DNA of 64,000 nucleotides from Tubiluchus corallicola (GCA_030141605.1 JAQGDQ010000015.1:992001-1056000); one strand, 5' to 3'. Numbered from the stretch's first letter, positions 13,101 through 61,733 are shown. Program-made: numbers and translations. The notes: generated from the letters alone by a model not told the origin.

Positions 13101-14145
13101 ACATTTAATAAATTTTGTGTTATGCGCAATGTAGTAATGCATCTTATTTCTACCTATTGTCCTTGATTCAGGTGGGTGGAAAAGGCAAGTAAGCCATTAC
13201 TTACCAATAGTACAAAGTCATTATATAGCACGCTGATAAAGTAAACAATACTTACCACACCAGCTAACGTAGGATTATTCTCTTTCAAGTTAAACATCTG
13301 AAAAAGAAAATTTTGTAGATATTAATTATTATTAAAAAGGAACAGTAAGAAGAAAAGTTGGTTTTATGTCTTTCACTTCTGTCAACTTTACATTGGCTAT
13401 AACACTTATTTTGAGGAAAACTTAAAAAATGATGAGGGAAAACTATAGACACAAATGTGGTAACTTGGCCTCACTAGTGTTTCCAATTAAGCCTCAAGTT
13501 AACCATGAGCCCATGGCCAAGTAGACCGTGATCTGAAAAAGTTCGTCAGGCTTATAAATCTGTCAATGGTAAGGATTTTGAACAGTCTATGTCAACAGCA
13601 CGATAGTTTAAACTCAAAGGTTTCGAAATTAATGTAGCGACAAATATCATTGCATAATCCCACAACACCTTGATGAGTCACAGAAAAAATTCACAGGAAA
13701 AAAGTCACAAGGAAAAAATGGCACAAGAAAAAATAAGTACCTAACCCCAACCTTAACCACAGCCAAAGTTAATTCACTTCTTTGCTGGGACTTTTTTCCG
13801 TGACTCTTTCTGTGGCTTTTTTACTGATCACCAAGTAGAATGATACACATGTTAGCCAGACCTACAACTGATCAACTTTACTAATGAGCTCGTGTCCCAT
13901 GTGGCGTTCATAATATTAATAATTTAATTAATAATTACACTATTCTGCTAAATCAGTATAGTACATACCTTATTTAATGCACCACGAATTTTAAAAGCTC
14001 CAGTTTTCTGCAAATTTTCTGCTTTAAAATAAATTTGCCTTCCTGTTAGCTTATCTACTGTTGCAGATGTAAATACTGGTGTAGTATGAATAAAGGGTAA
14101 TACTTTAGCTCTTGCAGCTAAAATATCTTGAAAAGAAACAGCCAT
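1186..14145 (-). CDS. SRR: Serine racemase / serine-aspartate racemase family (PLP fold type II), 9 coding exons, 327 aa
   Basis: Exons (minus): 14145-13969, 13297-13256, 11823-11657, 11069-10985, 10095-9969, 6318-6268, 5347-5220, 1992-1942, 1341-1186; total 984 nt with consistent phases. Motifs: FKAENLQKTGAFKIRGA (PLP Lys), VTHSSGNH (re-face Ser), IVAGQGT, SGGGM, VEPKGKD, DTIAEG, CGGNVDL..LPW. Confidence 0.93.
1485..1712. mobile_element. hAT-like MITE in the last racemase intron
   Basis: Left end CAGAGCCGGAAT vs reverse complement of right end CAGGGCTGGATT; 8-bp flanks CATACATG / CACGCATG (6/8 match) fit a decayed hAT target-site duplication. Confidence 0.6.
2550..4760 (-). mobile_element. 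Degenerate, internally deleted BEL/Pao LTR retrotransposon (gag plus integrase, no RT visible)
   Basis: Broken ORFs: DUF1759-type gag (LPQISLPKFSGDYMGW...KFTYLLTSLQG), integrase HHCC (HHTHKLLYHQG...YWIP...CINC), integrase core (FSCAVTRAIHMEL, SDN, PWWGGFWERMIGTVKR), DUF5641-type C-terminus (RWKLEYLQSL, GDLVLV, PRRTWPLA). Stops and frameshifts present; LTR boundaries not identified. Confidence 0.88.
8258..9291 (-). mobile_element. Non-autonomous Tigger/pogo (Tc1-mariner superfamily) DNA transposon
   Basis: TIRs CAGTAAGTCCTCGTTTAAAGAC / GTCATTAAATAAGGACTTACTG flanked by TA on both sides; minus-strand remnant near 8670-8810 (ENNLHRERNSEVRR...KKSVQ) resembles Tigger transposase C-termini. Confidence 0.75.
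9478..9657 (+). repeat. About 180-bp repeat, left arm of an inverted pair flanking racemase exon 5
   Basis: Aligns by eye along its length with the reverse complement of 10575-10754 (GCTGAACTCACTAAATAAA... vs ...TTTATTTAGTGAGTTCAGC). Confidence 0.85.
10575..10754 (-). repeat. About 180-bp repeat, right arm of the inverted pair
   Basis: Reverse-complement match to 9478-9657 with scattered substitutions. Confidence 0.85.
13676..13825. mobile_element. Small foldback/MITE-like element with subterminal tandem motifs
   Basis: GAAAAAAGTCAC-like tandem motifs on the left, their complements (GACTTTTTTCC, GTGACTCTTTC) on the right, and a central CCTAACCCCAACCTTAACC. Confidence 0.45.
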
Positions 14146-15491
14146 TATGCGGTAATTTACGTAGTACTAGAATTAAAATTATATATTTCTGCTAAAATTT
14201 TACATATAGAACTAGAAGTTACTGCACAGAATGAAAATAAAAATAGAAACAGGTACTACAAACGGAGTGTAAAAGAAATTGCCAGTAGGCAGTAGCAGCA
14301 GTCTTTGACATAAATTTTTTTATGATTTTCGGTATGACAACGACACCAACACCTCTAGCGGACTGTTGCCAAATAATATAATAAATTATATATATCTGCT
14401 ATCTGTTGTTGCCAGAGAATTACGCTTAAACGTAGTGTCATTCAGTCTGGTTGATTTGACGGAACTGATTCTTTTTCTCATCACAATGTCATTTGTTACA
14501 GCCTCTTACTTCAGCATCTATGGAAGATGTTCTATTTAAGGGTCTAACGTACATACATTAGATACCGTTCAAAACTAGCGTGGCTACAATTTGTCAGTAC
14601 TGATGATGTTTCTACTCTTTCTCATAGTCTTGGATATTTTTAGATGTAGAATCGCTAGTTATAAATTCTATTTCTCTCTTAATCGAGTTTCTTAACTCTG
14701 GAATTTCTATTAGGAAATTGTTTCATTAAAAGCTACCTCACAAGATTCAAGAGAAACATCAGTATATTTTCTATTGGGAAGGAGATGGCAAATAATTATG
14801 CCATATTGTTACTCTGATAATTAGGTTGAGTTTCAGCTTTATTTAGGAATTGCTTCTTCAGTCATAGAAGAAGACATGCAGTTATAATTATCGCTATTTT
14901 TGATAATTACAATCTTGATCTTAAATTAAGCTTTGATGAATCTCTTATCATGTGATAACAATGGACATGTTTTGTCAGACATTAGTATGACAGCTTTATC
15001 CAGCACTTTTACATAATTAGCACCAGCCATGTTTTCATACATAATTATATTAATTTAGTTGTGCGTTTTCTTTTTTCAATTGCTTGTATTTTTATTTCTC
15101 CGTTTTTTAAAAGTGTAAGTTTTTTATTTTTTACTTATTTTAAGTTCTTTTTGCAATTGTAATCTCAGCTTTCTTTTTTGTATTTCTGCTTATTTCATTT
15201 ACGTATACACACAATGTTTGAACGATTTCTGTGCATGTTTATAAATTTTATATTTGTGTACTAGTTCATTTTTCCTAATTTTGAATTACTGCTGCCACCA
15301 ATTGTGACCTTGTTGTAAACGTTTTGTTCAATCAAGTTTATCTTAGATGTCTTTTCTTATCTTATCTTAGTTCATAGTTGAATCAAAGTGTACCGTAGGT
15401 AAAATTAATACAAACCAATTTGAAACAAACAGCTTTTAGCTTTTCACGCAACAGTTTTCGCCTCGTGCACGAAACCAGAGAAGAAGTAAAC
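14146..15491. promoter_or_regulatory. Divergent (head-to-head) intergenic region between the racemase and NDUFB6
   Basis: Start codons at 14145 (minus) and 15492 (plus) are 1346 bp apart; transcription starts cannot be determined from sequence. Confidence 0.55.
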
Positions 15492-18400
15492 ATGGCGCAG
15501 ACTTGGGTAAAAATTCGAAAGGGCAAAACGTATGCTCAAAATGCTACTGGAGATAATCCAATGTCGATTGAAGGCCGAATGGCTTTGGAAAATGAACGAA
15601 TGGCCGGGATGACAGAGCTTGAGCGCGCTTGGAGAAAAAAATGGTTAAAAGACCAGGAATTAACTGCACGTGAACCTGTTTTTGAAGCTGAGTTAGCACT
15701 GCAACGATCACTAAAAAATCCGATTCGAAGATTGTATGGCGCGCCAGCTGATTGGATTTTTAAAAAGTTTATACCCATTACGGTTAGTAACGTTATTTAA
15801 AGCTAGGATCCTACTTAACTCACATTTGCAGCTACCCCCATTATTTTGGCTATTTTTGAGGCGTTTAATTTCTGTAGCCATGGTGTAAGGAAACAGAGAT
15901 TTTTTGTGGCGCTTGCACTTTAACTACTACAAAGATTGCAGTGATTTGATACATTGTATACACATACATAAAGCAAAAAAACTAGGCATCTATAACTATA
16001 ACTCGGTGTTTGCAAACATGTTTCTCATGAATGAGATCTATATTTCGTTCTTCAATGTCATTAACATACATTTGGATGGCCCCCTTTAAACTGATTTACT
16101 GTAACTGCTTCGATCGCCTTTTGAGGTAAACCATTCCACAAATCTATTATCCTATGGCTGAAAAGATATTTTCTTAAATCCAGCTTTGCTCTTTTCTTGT
16201 ACAGTTGTAACCGATGTCCTCTTATCCTCTCTTGACTCTTCAGCAGTTCAGTGGCTCCTTTTCACCTTTTCCGAGATGAATACAACCTATTAAGTGTGTA
16301 AGAGCAGATTTTGTTCTGACATCTTCATATGGTCATTCCTAGTTCTGCATTCCTAGTGTCACCTTTCCCATTCATTACATTTCATTGTAACAGCTGTATG
16401 TTTTCTCTTGATTCCATAATTTCTGTAAATGCTCTTACTAATCATTGAAGCGTATCTATTTCTGTAGTTTTATAGGCTCTATCCTTACATTATACTTATT
16501 TATTATTCTTTCCAATTTCTCACAACTTAATGCATGTTCTGTTGTATCTTCCTGAATCCTGCACTTAGGACATAGTAAATCTTCCAATTTGTTTTCTTTT
16601 TAATTGCATTTCAATTCTTTCGTATTCAATTTAATTTCCATTATATTTACTATATCTGCATGACCACACTCTCTGATATATAGTTGTTTCTCATATTTCT
16701 CACAATCAAGTAATCTCGATTTTGTCATTTTCTGTACTTTATCTTTATGTTCCTGTAATATTTCTTGATTTATAGCTTTTTTATTTCTTTTTGCCATGTT
16801 GAATTTTTAATTTCTCAATTTTTTATTTCTCCATAACTTGAATGTGAAGAACTTTCAACATCCACATCATTAATTCCTTTGATGATTTTGAAAGCTTGTA
16901 TTAAATCAGTCCTTCTAGTTTGTAGTGTGACGGAGGCACCTGAGTCGCTGACAATATGGAACATTCCTTAACCCTTCAACCATTTTTGTAGCTTCAACCT
17001 TCTTTGGACATCCTCGATCAAACATATGTCTTTAATAAAGTACAGATTCAAAGCAGGACTGGCATATTCCACACCTGGACAGACTTTGGATTTATATAGC
17101 GTGATGACTATGCTTGCGCTTTTCTGTTTATCATGCCAGGTGTCATGTTTGCTCTTTTGACTCTAATGGAGATGTGCTTTACAGGTTTTACGTCAGATGA
17201 TATTATGACGCCTAAGTCAATTTCTCCCTAAAATACATTTACTGAAGTGTTATTAACTGTATGATCTTGGTGTGGATCTGAGAACCCCATATGCATTAAT
17301 TTACATTTGCTTTCATTGAATAACATTTGTCATTCTTGTGACCAATTAAAAAGCACTTGTAAAGAGTTTGTTAGGGACAGAATTTCATCATTTTGCAGTC
17401 GTCAGAAAATTTAGACAATTTTATTCCTGTGCCTTTGTCAATATCATTTACATAAACTAAAAACAAGAGGGGTCCTAGAAGTGATCCTTGAGATACCTCA
17501 GAAGAAACAGTCATATACTTTGAAAAACTGTCTCCAACCAGAGTTCTTTGGGTTCTTATGCATAGCCAATGCTCTATCCATTTGAATAGATGTCATCCAA
17601 TGCCATATGCTTTTAATTTAGCTAGCAATCTCTTATGAGGTACTTTATCAAATGCTTTTTTAAAGTCCAAGTAAATTACATCTACTAGACAACCTGTGTC
17701 TAATGTTTCTGTTACAAAATCCATAAAATCAAATAAATTTGAAATGCAAGACTTACCCTTAACAAAACCACGCTGAGTGCCAGTAATCAACCCATTATCC
17801 AGAAAATACTGCAATAAAGCATCCTTAACAAAGCTTTCTAGCATTTTTCCAACCACAGATGTCAATGATATTGGCCTATAATTATTCTCTTCATCGTTTT
17901 TACTTGCTTTGTAAATTGGTGTGACATTAGCTATTTGGCTTATGCATGCATATTATAGTCTGCAACTCATCAACTGTATTTAACAAACTCCTAACATTGC
18001 TGTATATACATTTGATATTCACATCTGCATATTTATTACAGTAGGCGTCGCTTAATAGACTCGCTTTGGGACCGACGTGTTTTGACCCAATTAACTGACT
18101 GAACCTATTAACCGATGGGTGTATTATTACAGGTATAGTATGAGTCATCAGCTTACTATGCAGTGCAAAGGTTTTTAATGAATTTTAGAAACGAAGTAAT
18201 CCCTAAATTCCTTTGTGCAGTTAAAAATTACAAAAAAATATTTTAAAATATTGATTTATATAAGTGAATTAGCAATAAATTAAAAAGTATACTTTTTAAA
18301 TCACAAACTTTCTAAGTTTGTTTATTTACAAAAATCACAAAAGTTTCTTCAAAGTCGGCTGCTTCATTTTTTTCACGAAGAAGATGGCCCACAAAGTTCG

Positions 18401-21400
18401 GTTATTATTAAAAACACGTTGAAAATCTGTTGTTGTGTGTGATTCAGTTCTGAATCGTCTGCTCCCTTACATTGCCCTTATTTGCTGTACAATGTTTACT
18501 CTTGTAAGTCACAAAGAATACCAGCTTATTAATGTACCTGCATCTTTGACTGTTAACTCGTTAAGCCTGAAAGCGTGACTTGCAAAGAGAGCATCAGAAG
18601 GAAACTGCTAAGCAAGTGATTAAATATTTACCTTTCAGAAATTTTTTGGGTAACAGTGGGCAAGTGTGTAACAGATTCAAAGCAAAACCGCTTTTCTAGT
18701 GTATTAGTGCATGATAAACGTATATAAACAAAATGGTACTTAACATGATTGTTTCTGCATTTAAAATGCACAAAAGGGAAGTAAAGATGGCGTAAAAGTA
18801 GGAAAGTTTCTTTAGGCACATGCAAATATCTTATTTTACGTAGGTGAAGGAGAAATATTGAGTCAGTTACCGATAGTTTTATCTGTATTTAAATAGAGGC
18901 GGCCCGTTCCAGGAGTTTTTGAGTCTATTAAGCAACGCCTACTGTATTTACGATTTTACTATAATATAAGCCATGAAAATCTCTTGGTTTTTTTTACTGG
19001 AGAATTTCCATGAGAAACTACACTACCAGTAATCATGTCAACATCATTTAATTGTAATGTGAAAGGATTACCAGCTACAAGAGGCTTGTTATTACCATTT
19101 TTACATGGCGTTACATCTAGGTTTTGAGGGATTTTATTTTTGGATTTGTACTCTGATGCTACACCTGCTACTAGGTGTCATTTGCTTTTGTCTGATCATC
19201 ATTGTTTTGAAATCAATTTCTGTGTTAGATTCACCTCTCTTTTTTCTCTCTAAACTCTTTCCAAATTTTATTTTCTTCTTCAATTTGCACTAGAGTTCTG
19301 TCTAATCTGACCGTAACTCTTTTAGCTTCAGTTTTATCAGGCAATTTCATGTACTCATGTGCTTTTTTTCAGTACCTCAAGTTTGGTTCCAAAGTCAAAC
19401 AATGCTAGCTTAATAGGTTGTGGTGCATTCTTTGAGATTATACGATTAACTGAAGATAATTTGCCTGTAATATCCACGTTTAAGTTTGTTTGACAAAAAT
19501 GCGTTACTAACTCCTAATCAGTCAAGACATTGCAAGCACTTAACCCCAAAATTATCAGTTTATTTTTCCTAATTTGCCTCTCATCAATTTTTGCAATTTG
19601 TGTAGACAAATCGAAATCAGAAACTGGTTGTGCATTCGACCCTTCATCAATATGTTTGGACACTAGTGTCTGAACCTCTTTTTCCATGTCATTTAATCTA
19701 AAGGTATTTGTCTGAAGAGATTGTACAGACTCAGCATGTTGTTCGTGAAAGTTGCTAATTTTGCTGTTCATGTCGTGGAAATCTTTACCAATACTTGCTA
19801 TTTTGGAAACATTTTCCTGTGTTCTTTTAGCAAGAGTCTGCTGATAATCATTTATTTCCATTGTGAATTCATCTAAAACATCAAGCTTCATTTCATACTC
19901 CAGGGATGAGAATTTTCCATGGATAATTCCGAGTTTTTGGAAGACCAGTAGTGCCATTTTTGTAAAATGCGTAAATTCGCTGAGAAAATTTTTCGGGGTC
20001 GAACCTCGTTTTCGTCGAAATCGTAACCGAAACTTTCAGTAGCATTTTTTCGAGGTATTTATCCAGCTTACCTTTTATCTCCTAGATGCTAAAAATCACT
20101 GAAAAATTTTGGCTAAAATAGTTCAAATAAAGCGTAAATATCATTTATTTGATAATCTGTAGGATTTGTAGCATGTCTTTTATAATGCGGCATATCTTCA
20201 TTGCTGACAAATGTGAAGCTTTGAGGCCTCCACACAGAAACAACCGAAATACCAAAGCGTAATTTGAATAAAACCAAGTTTATTTTCATAATTTATGAAA
20301 CATAGCCAACAAAATATATGCAAAATGAAATTTGTTAATTTTCTGAAGCGTCACGATCATATGTATCATGTATCCTTGACAGTTGGGTATTTTAAATTAT
20401 GCATGAAACAAGGTAATTGATATTTTATTGATATTTTAAGTCCACTTAGAGGCTCTCTATGGTCACAAAATTGCAATTTGTTGCTGCCCTCAACCCCCCG
20501 GCCTGTTTCAGAGTTTTTTGCAATTTGTCATTCTCATCCCTGATACTTTCTGTTTACTGACGTTTCAGCTACTTTTGTTTCCAGTGCTACTACACTTTCT
20601 TGCAATTTGTCGTACAGGACCTGCATGGATCGGCAAAGTTTCGTTACCTTGATGCAACCTCAGTTACAACCGCTGCAAACCCCATTTCTATTGGCATGAC
20701 TCTTTCGCTGCCTGGTCAAGTGACTCAAACAAACCATATGCATTGTCTGGAATTTTCTCACATGACTTGTGATATCATCTTGCACAACATCACATTCAAG
20801 GGCTTCTTGTTTTGCAGCCACTAACTGCTTACATGCTCTGTACTTGTTAGCTTCTTTTTGCTTTGGCATGTTGAAAGAATAGTGAATGTAAGAAACAGCT
20901 TATTTTAAACTATGCAACTTAATTATAATTTTTTTTACAAGTAGTAGTAGTATTTGTAAACAGTAACACACTTCTCTGGCAGTTCAGATAATGAAGTCTA
21001 TAGGTGCAAAATCATTAATGAATAATTTGAACAAGTAGCAATGATTATTCTTAAACATGGAGTGGCAACTTAATAGCAGAACGAAAACAAAAGATCATAA
21101 AGTAGCAAGTTAATAAAAATGCAAAATAAGCAAAAGCATAAGAAATAAACTGATAAAGCAAAAAGCAGGACCTTATTTATGGAATCAAAAACAAAAATAT
21201 TCAGGGCAATAATCAGTCATATTATGCAAAATAACTATGCAAAATCACTAATTTGTAACTTAAATAAGCAGCTACAATCATTTTCATTCATAATGAGAGG
21301 CAACTTAATAGCAAAGCCAAAAACAAAAAAGGCATAGGAAACGAACTGTAAATCGAAAAGCAGGAACTGTAGTCCTAGTTATGAAATAAAAAAAATATAT

Positions 21401-24368
21401 AAGTTTAATACTCAGTTCTGTCATGCATGCTTAAAAACATGATAGAATTGATTATTGCCCCTGTATATTTTTTTGATTTTATAGTTAAGTTCCTACTTTT
21501 TGCTCTACAAGGTCATTTCTTATACTTTTTGTTTGTTTTTTACTTTTTATTTGATTTCCTGCTTTATGCTTGATAATGATTATCACTGCTTGTTTAAGCC
21601 ATAATTAATGATTTGCATGCTCGTTGTCACTGTCATTCTCCAATGTTGCCTTCAGATTATTGTTGATTTGTGTATAGTTTGGCCTTTCCTTTTGTTTTAT
21701 TGCCGTATATATAAGTTACTGTTTTTATTTTGTTTCTTTGCGGCATTCTTTGACACAATATTCCCGTACATTTCTTCATTATTGAATTAATATTATTATG
21801 CTAACAGTACTATGGTGCTGTGACTTCAAAAAATTGATACTTACTGAATAAGAGTGGTTGACTTGATTCAGTTCCTTTTTTTGTTTTGTTTCTTTAATTT
21901 GGTCTTTTTTGCTATGAAAATTATTTGTATTTTTGGAGATAAAAGTAAAGCAATCTGATCTAATCTAAGCTATATGTCCCCAAATCCAGATACGTCCCAA
22001 TTCTTCCGAACGTTGCAGTCATATATTCTGTACAAAAAATTGCCGTGGTACAGAACAACGGTATTGATCAACAGTTATAAATAAAACTGCTAGAAATACA
22101 GCCGTTTAAAATTTTTCGGCTTGGTCATCTTTCAGGGTCTTGCGTAAGCAGTTAAAATGATTATATTGTAACATCCACATCTGAATCTTAAACTGAATGT
22201 AGATATTGCAGCATTACCTTAGGAATATTATTGCCTGAGTCTGGATCTGAATGTAGATAGTGCAGCATTCCGTTAGAAATATTATTGCAGCACGTCTGCG
22301 TGTCAACGAAATAACACTATCTAGTGTACATTTATACAATTCCTGCCCACTGTCAGGCCAAACTGTTGTATGTGTTGTTCTAAACTTCACTGTGTCCGAG
22401 ATTTGCACAATATGTGAAGGTAGATTATTCCACTAGATGACTGAATGTGGTCCAGATGAATATTTAAAATAATCTTTGTTGCACTAGTAGCATTGAAGCT
22501 TGTACTGATGTGAATTTCAGCCTTCCCTGGTAGCTCTGGTAATGTATTAATAATGTATCACAAATAATATCTGCATGATGGTATAAGATGCGCTGAACCA
22601 TGCATACACGTTTTTCTACACCTTGCTGCCCTAAGCTTGGTTACTCCATCAGAGTGTTTAGCATAGATGTTGCACTAGCACCTCTGCGATACATATTGTA
22701 CACAAATGTTGTTGAACTCAAGCTCCAAAATGTTCACATAAAACACACTGAGCTACCAGCACATAATGAATCACAGCTGTACTAACTAAGAATTTGAGCA
22801 ACTTGTGCTGCGATTTTATGCAGAAATAAAAGAGTTTCAACATAATAAATTTACTCTTTTGTTATAAAGTATTTGCTGAACAATGGCACTAGTTGAAAAA
22901 CTTGTGCTTATCTCAAAAGAAAGTGCTGTTCTCATCGTTAAATGTATCTGCCTGATAGGCTTCATTTCTATCTTGTACTTCACTCAGACATTTGTTCTTG
23001 GCTGAACTAGACTGTTGCGAGCAAATTGTCAGGGTCCTTTGAAATTCGTTATAAGCAAATTGTAGTGTAGTATATTCATAATGGACTGCCGCATTAATTG
23101 TAAGCATGGCTTTGTGCTAGGATGTAAACTAGGGCTGAAGTTTGCATTGCTGTCGGTACCGGTGTTCTACTGTCTTGTGAAGGTTGCCTTGAGATTAACA
23201 TTTGTAGCCATCCAAATTTCTGTGCACACAATTTTGAAATCAGTTTTGGCCTAATTTTTGAATTGCATAAAAATGTCCAGATTTAAGTGTTGAAGATTAT
23301 ATTGTAAATTATTTATTGGCATCATAATTTTATTCCTGTGCAGTATTCAATTGAATTTTTTGTGTTTTTGTATTAGGGATACAAAACAGCAATGTATCTG
23401 CGGTGGGCAGTTCCAAAAGTTCTAATCGGCATTTTTGCTGTTTATGCAACATATTACCATTTTAAGTATAATCAAGGTGTAAGTATAATTTGACTACTCA
23501 TTTTAAGGAAAAATGTAAACTTATGTAAAAATTTTTACTTTTTTGATGTGTGTGTGTGTGCGTGTGTGTATACAAAGGCACATCATTTTTTGCATTAAAA
23601 AGTTTGTAATATATATATATATATATAACACATATATATTATAAGCTTTTTAATGCAAAAATAACATGCCTTTGTCATCAGCATATGTTCGAATGTATTT
23701 CAGCGTAATTATTGCATAAACGTTTTCGTTGTTTACTCATTATTGAAAGCAGTAGGAAAGCAAAATTTGGTTGAATGCTGTTTGTGTATTTGTGCAATTA
23801 GGCTTTTTTGTGCAGTGAAAAATTTTATAACTAAAAGCATTAATGCTAGTAAAATAAAAATTAAATGTTGCATTGTTCGTTCATGCTAGTACAAGTGTGA
23901 TAACATATAATATGTGATCAGCATTTGCATTATAGAACACATGTTTAATCAATCATGAATCTGATGTGACATGAATATCTTTTGCAGACTTGGGAGCATC
24001 AAGGTGGATGGTATGTTTATGGATCTAAGTCTACTGCATTACCGGTAAACAATTTTTTTCCTTAGTTCTGCTGTTCCATAGCTTTATTGTATTGTTAGTA
24101 TGTAACATGTGTATTATTTACAATTGATAATGCTTCTTGGAGAAGCAAGGCATGTCCTGCTCTAATGAACTGTGTTATGTTCTTTACTTTTTGTTCTCTC
24201 CATCAATATATTAAGTGGTAAAACGTAACTGTTTTGCTTTTGCAGAGCCATCCTAACTATCCACAGCAAGAAGAGAGAAAATACTATGAACATTATGATC
24301 GAGGTTTCAACGAACGAACTGTATTTACAAACATCGGATTGCCAAAGGAAGAGTCTGATGAAGATTGA
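15492..24368 (+). CDS. NDUFB6: NADH:ubiquinone oxidoreductase subunit B6 (B17), 4 exons, 190 aa
   Basis: Exons 15492-15782, 23377-23478, 23988-24044, 24246-24368, all phase-0 GT-AG introns. Motifs: MSIEGRM..E.ERM.GMT..ERAWRKKWLKDQEL, NPIRRLYGAP, one TM helix then YYHFKYNQGTWEHQGGW, HPNYP...YDRGF. Confidence 0.93.
16010..19960 (-). mobile_element. Decayed CR1/L2-clade LINE (ORF1, truncated endonuclease, RT, 3' end) in NDUFB6 intron 1
   Basis: ORF1 coiled coil plus RKNKLIILGL (19514-19957); endonuclease start IKCIYSNVRSL (~18020); RT motifs NYRPISLTSVVGK, DVIYLDFKKAFDKVPH, VSQGSLLGPL; CR1-type 3' end RGHRLQL...FSHRIIDLWNGLP (~16120-16225). Many stops and indels; interrupted by a MITE. Confidence 0.85.
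18039..18944. mobile_element. Tc1-mariner/pogo-type MITE, copy A (906 bp), inserted in the LINE
   Basis: 24-bp TIRs CAGTAGGCGTCGCTTAATAGACTC / GAGTCTATTAAGCAACGCCTACTG with TA on both sides; homologous to 56219-57150 in inverted orientation. Confidence 0.88.
20540..20870 (-). mobile_element. Fragment of a second LINE ORF1 with a degenerate PHD-finger-like region
   Basis: Translation RACKQLVAAKQEALECDV...CSGCN followed by coiled-coil-like residues resembles PHD-type CR1/L2 ORF1; frameshifted. Confidence 0.35.
21020..21600. repeat. AT-rich complex repeat with direct and inverted units
   Basis: GGCAACTTAATAGCA occurs at ~21064 and ~21299; CAGGGCAATAATCA (~21202) is mirrored by TGATTATTGCCCCTG (~21450). 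Confidence 0.45.
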
Positions 24369-26266
24369 ACTAGCAAAAATTTTTCTTTTCGTGTAGATCA
24401 TCAGCTGGTTAATGTTTCTTTTCGTGTAGATCATCAGTTAGTTATACCATCGCTGAATGTCAACATTGTTATAACTGAGGTAGTAAAACTCTTTACTGAG
24501 TGCGGTACACCATATAAAATGCCATAATTTAGAACTTGGCGATACCATAATTTCTACTTTGAATTGCTCAAACACACTATTTACTAGTTTAAGATAGTTG
24601 ATTCAATGTAGGGTCTACATCTAAATACCCTTGCTAGAATTTGTGGTCAATGCGATGCTTTACAGATGGGCACTGCAGTGTAGAACAAAACTAACTGTGT
24701 TAGCCTGCATGTTTATTTAATTTGCTTTTTTGAAAGTACAGATCACATTTACAAGATACTTGAATGACTGTATTACTGTCATTGCTACTATAATAGCGGC
24801 AAGATTAGGAACTTAAACAAGCGACATGTTTCTGGGATATTATTAACATGATATATGCAGTTTTTGAAGATAATTACTGTTAAATAAAATATTTATGAAA
24901 TTGTTTGTTTGAGAGGTTTATTGCTGTCGTTTGCCTATTTTTTGAAACATTGTAACTGTAGCAGACATGCTATAGTTCTTAAAAATTCTAAGAGCAAAAT
25001 ATTTTAAATGGTAGTTGCAAAGAGAACTTCAGTGGAGTTGATAACTTTTGTGTTTTTCAATCTGTGCATTGTTGCCTCATGGTTGAGCATGCTATACAGA
25101 CTGTATGCAATGTAGATTGAGAGTAACCTCACAGTGAATTATTTTCCTTGTATTATTACGATCTGCAAATGTAATCCTATTTGACAAGTGTGACAGCTAG
25201 AATACTGTCAGTAAATTAGACCAAAACTGAGTTTCAAATTTGAGACAAAATTAGTTTTTCATTATGTCTCGGCTGCTGAAAGAAAAGGCGTCTTCAGAAT
25301 ATAGTTGAACAGTAGGTTAAATATGTTGAACATTAATTTAATTTTATCACTTGATTTCAAGAATGTATCGATAGAATTTGATGATTGAACAAAATTGCTT
25401 ATTAAACGAACGAATAAGTGAAAAATCCCAAAATAAAGAAGGTAAAAACACTAAGTTTCAGTTCACCATTGTGGATTATCTTTAGGTGAAAACAAAAAAA
25501 GGAAAATTAATTATACTAACTGCCTTATCTGAGAAGAATTCTGTCTAATAAATGTTAAATATATGCCAGTATATGTGAACGCTCTTACTGTAACTCACAG
25601 TTTATGGAATAAGCATTTTAATTTTCTTGTCTGTTAGATTGTCAGTGTTCATATTCCATGCCTATTATACTGAATTTTCAGAAAAGTAACCTTTGCATTT
25701 TTAAAAAATTATCGAAAATAATAATAAAGACACAGACCAGTACGTAATATAGGGGTATAGATTTAGTTACTTTACAGTACTTGTGCCCCCCTACAAGGGA
25801 ATAAAAATCTGGCTCTTGTTTTTTCTAACTGTATTGCATTTTGTGTGTTGTCTTGTTTTGTTTTTTCCTTGTGAATCATCGCTGTATGGATTTATAGAGG
25901 GTGAAAAACTGGCTCTTGTCTGATCTAGCTTTGTTTTATATTTTGTGTGTTTCTTGTTTTGTTTGTTTCCTTATTAATAATCATCGGTGCAAGATTTCGT
26001 CCTCCTGTCTAGCTTTGACAATTACGTTACCAGTTCGAGTCGTTTCGACACAATTGAATGTTGAGTGCTACCCTCTTTCGGTTACACGGCATACTATGAT
26101 TTTCAGGCTTCACCGAAAAATTGGCTGTGCAGAGCAGTCTGGATGTAGCGTTGGGCAGGTGGCGTATTCAGTATCTTGTAGCGATTTATACTTGTAAGAC
26201 GCAAGTGTTAATATTACTGGCGCCGTCATGTTATCAGTATTAGAGTGAAAAGGCTGTTTCTTTAGC

Positions 26267-61733
<35,467 letters not shown>

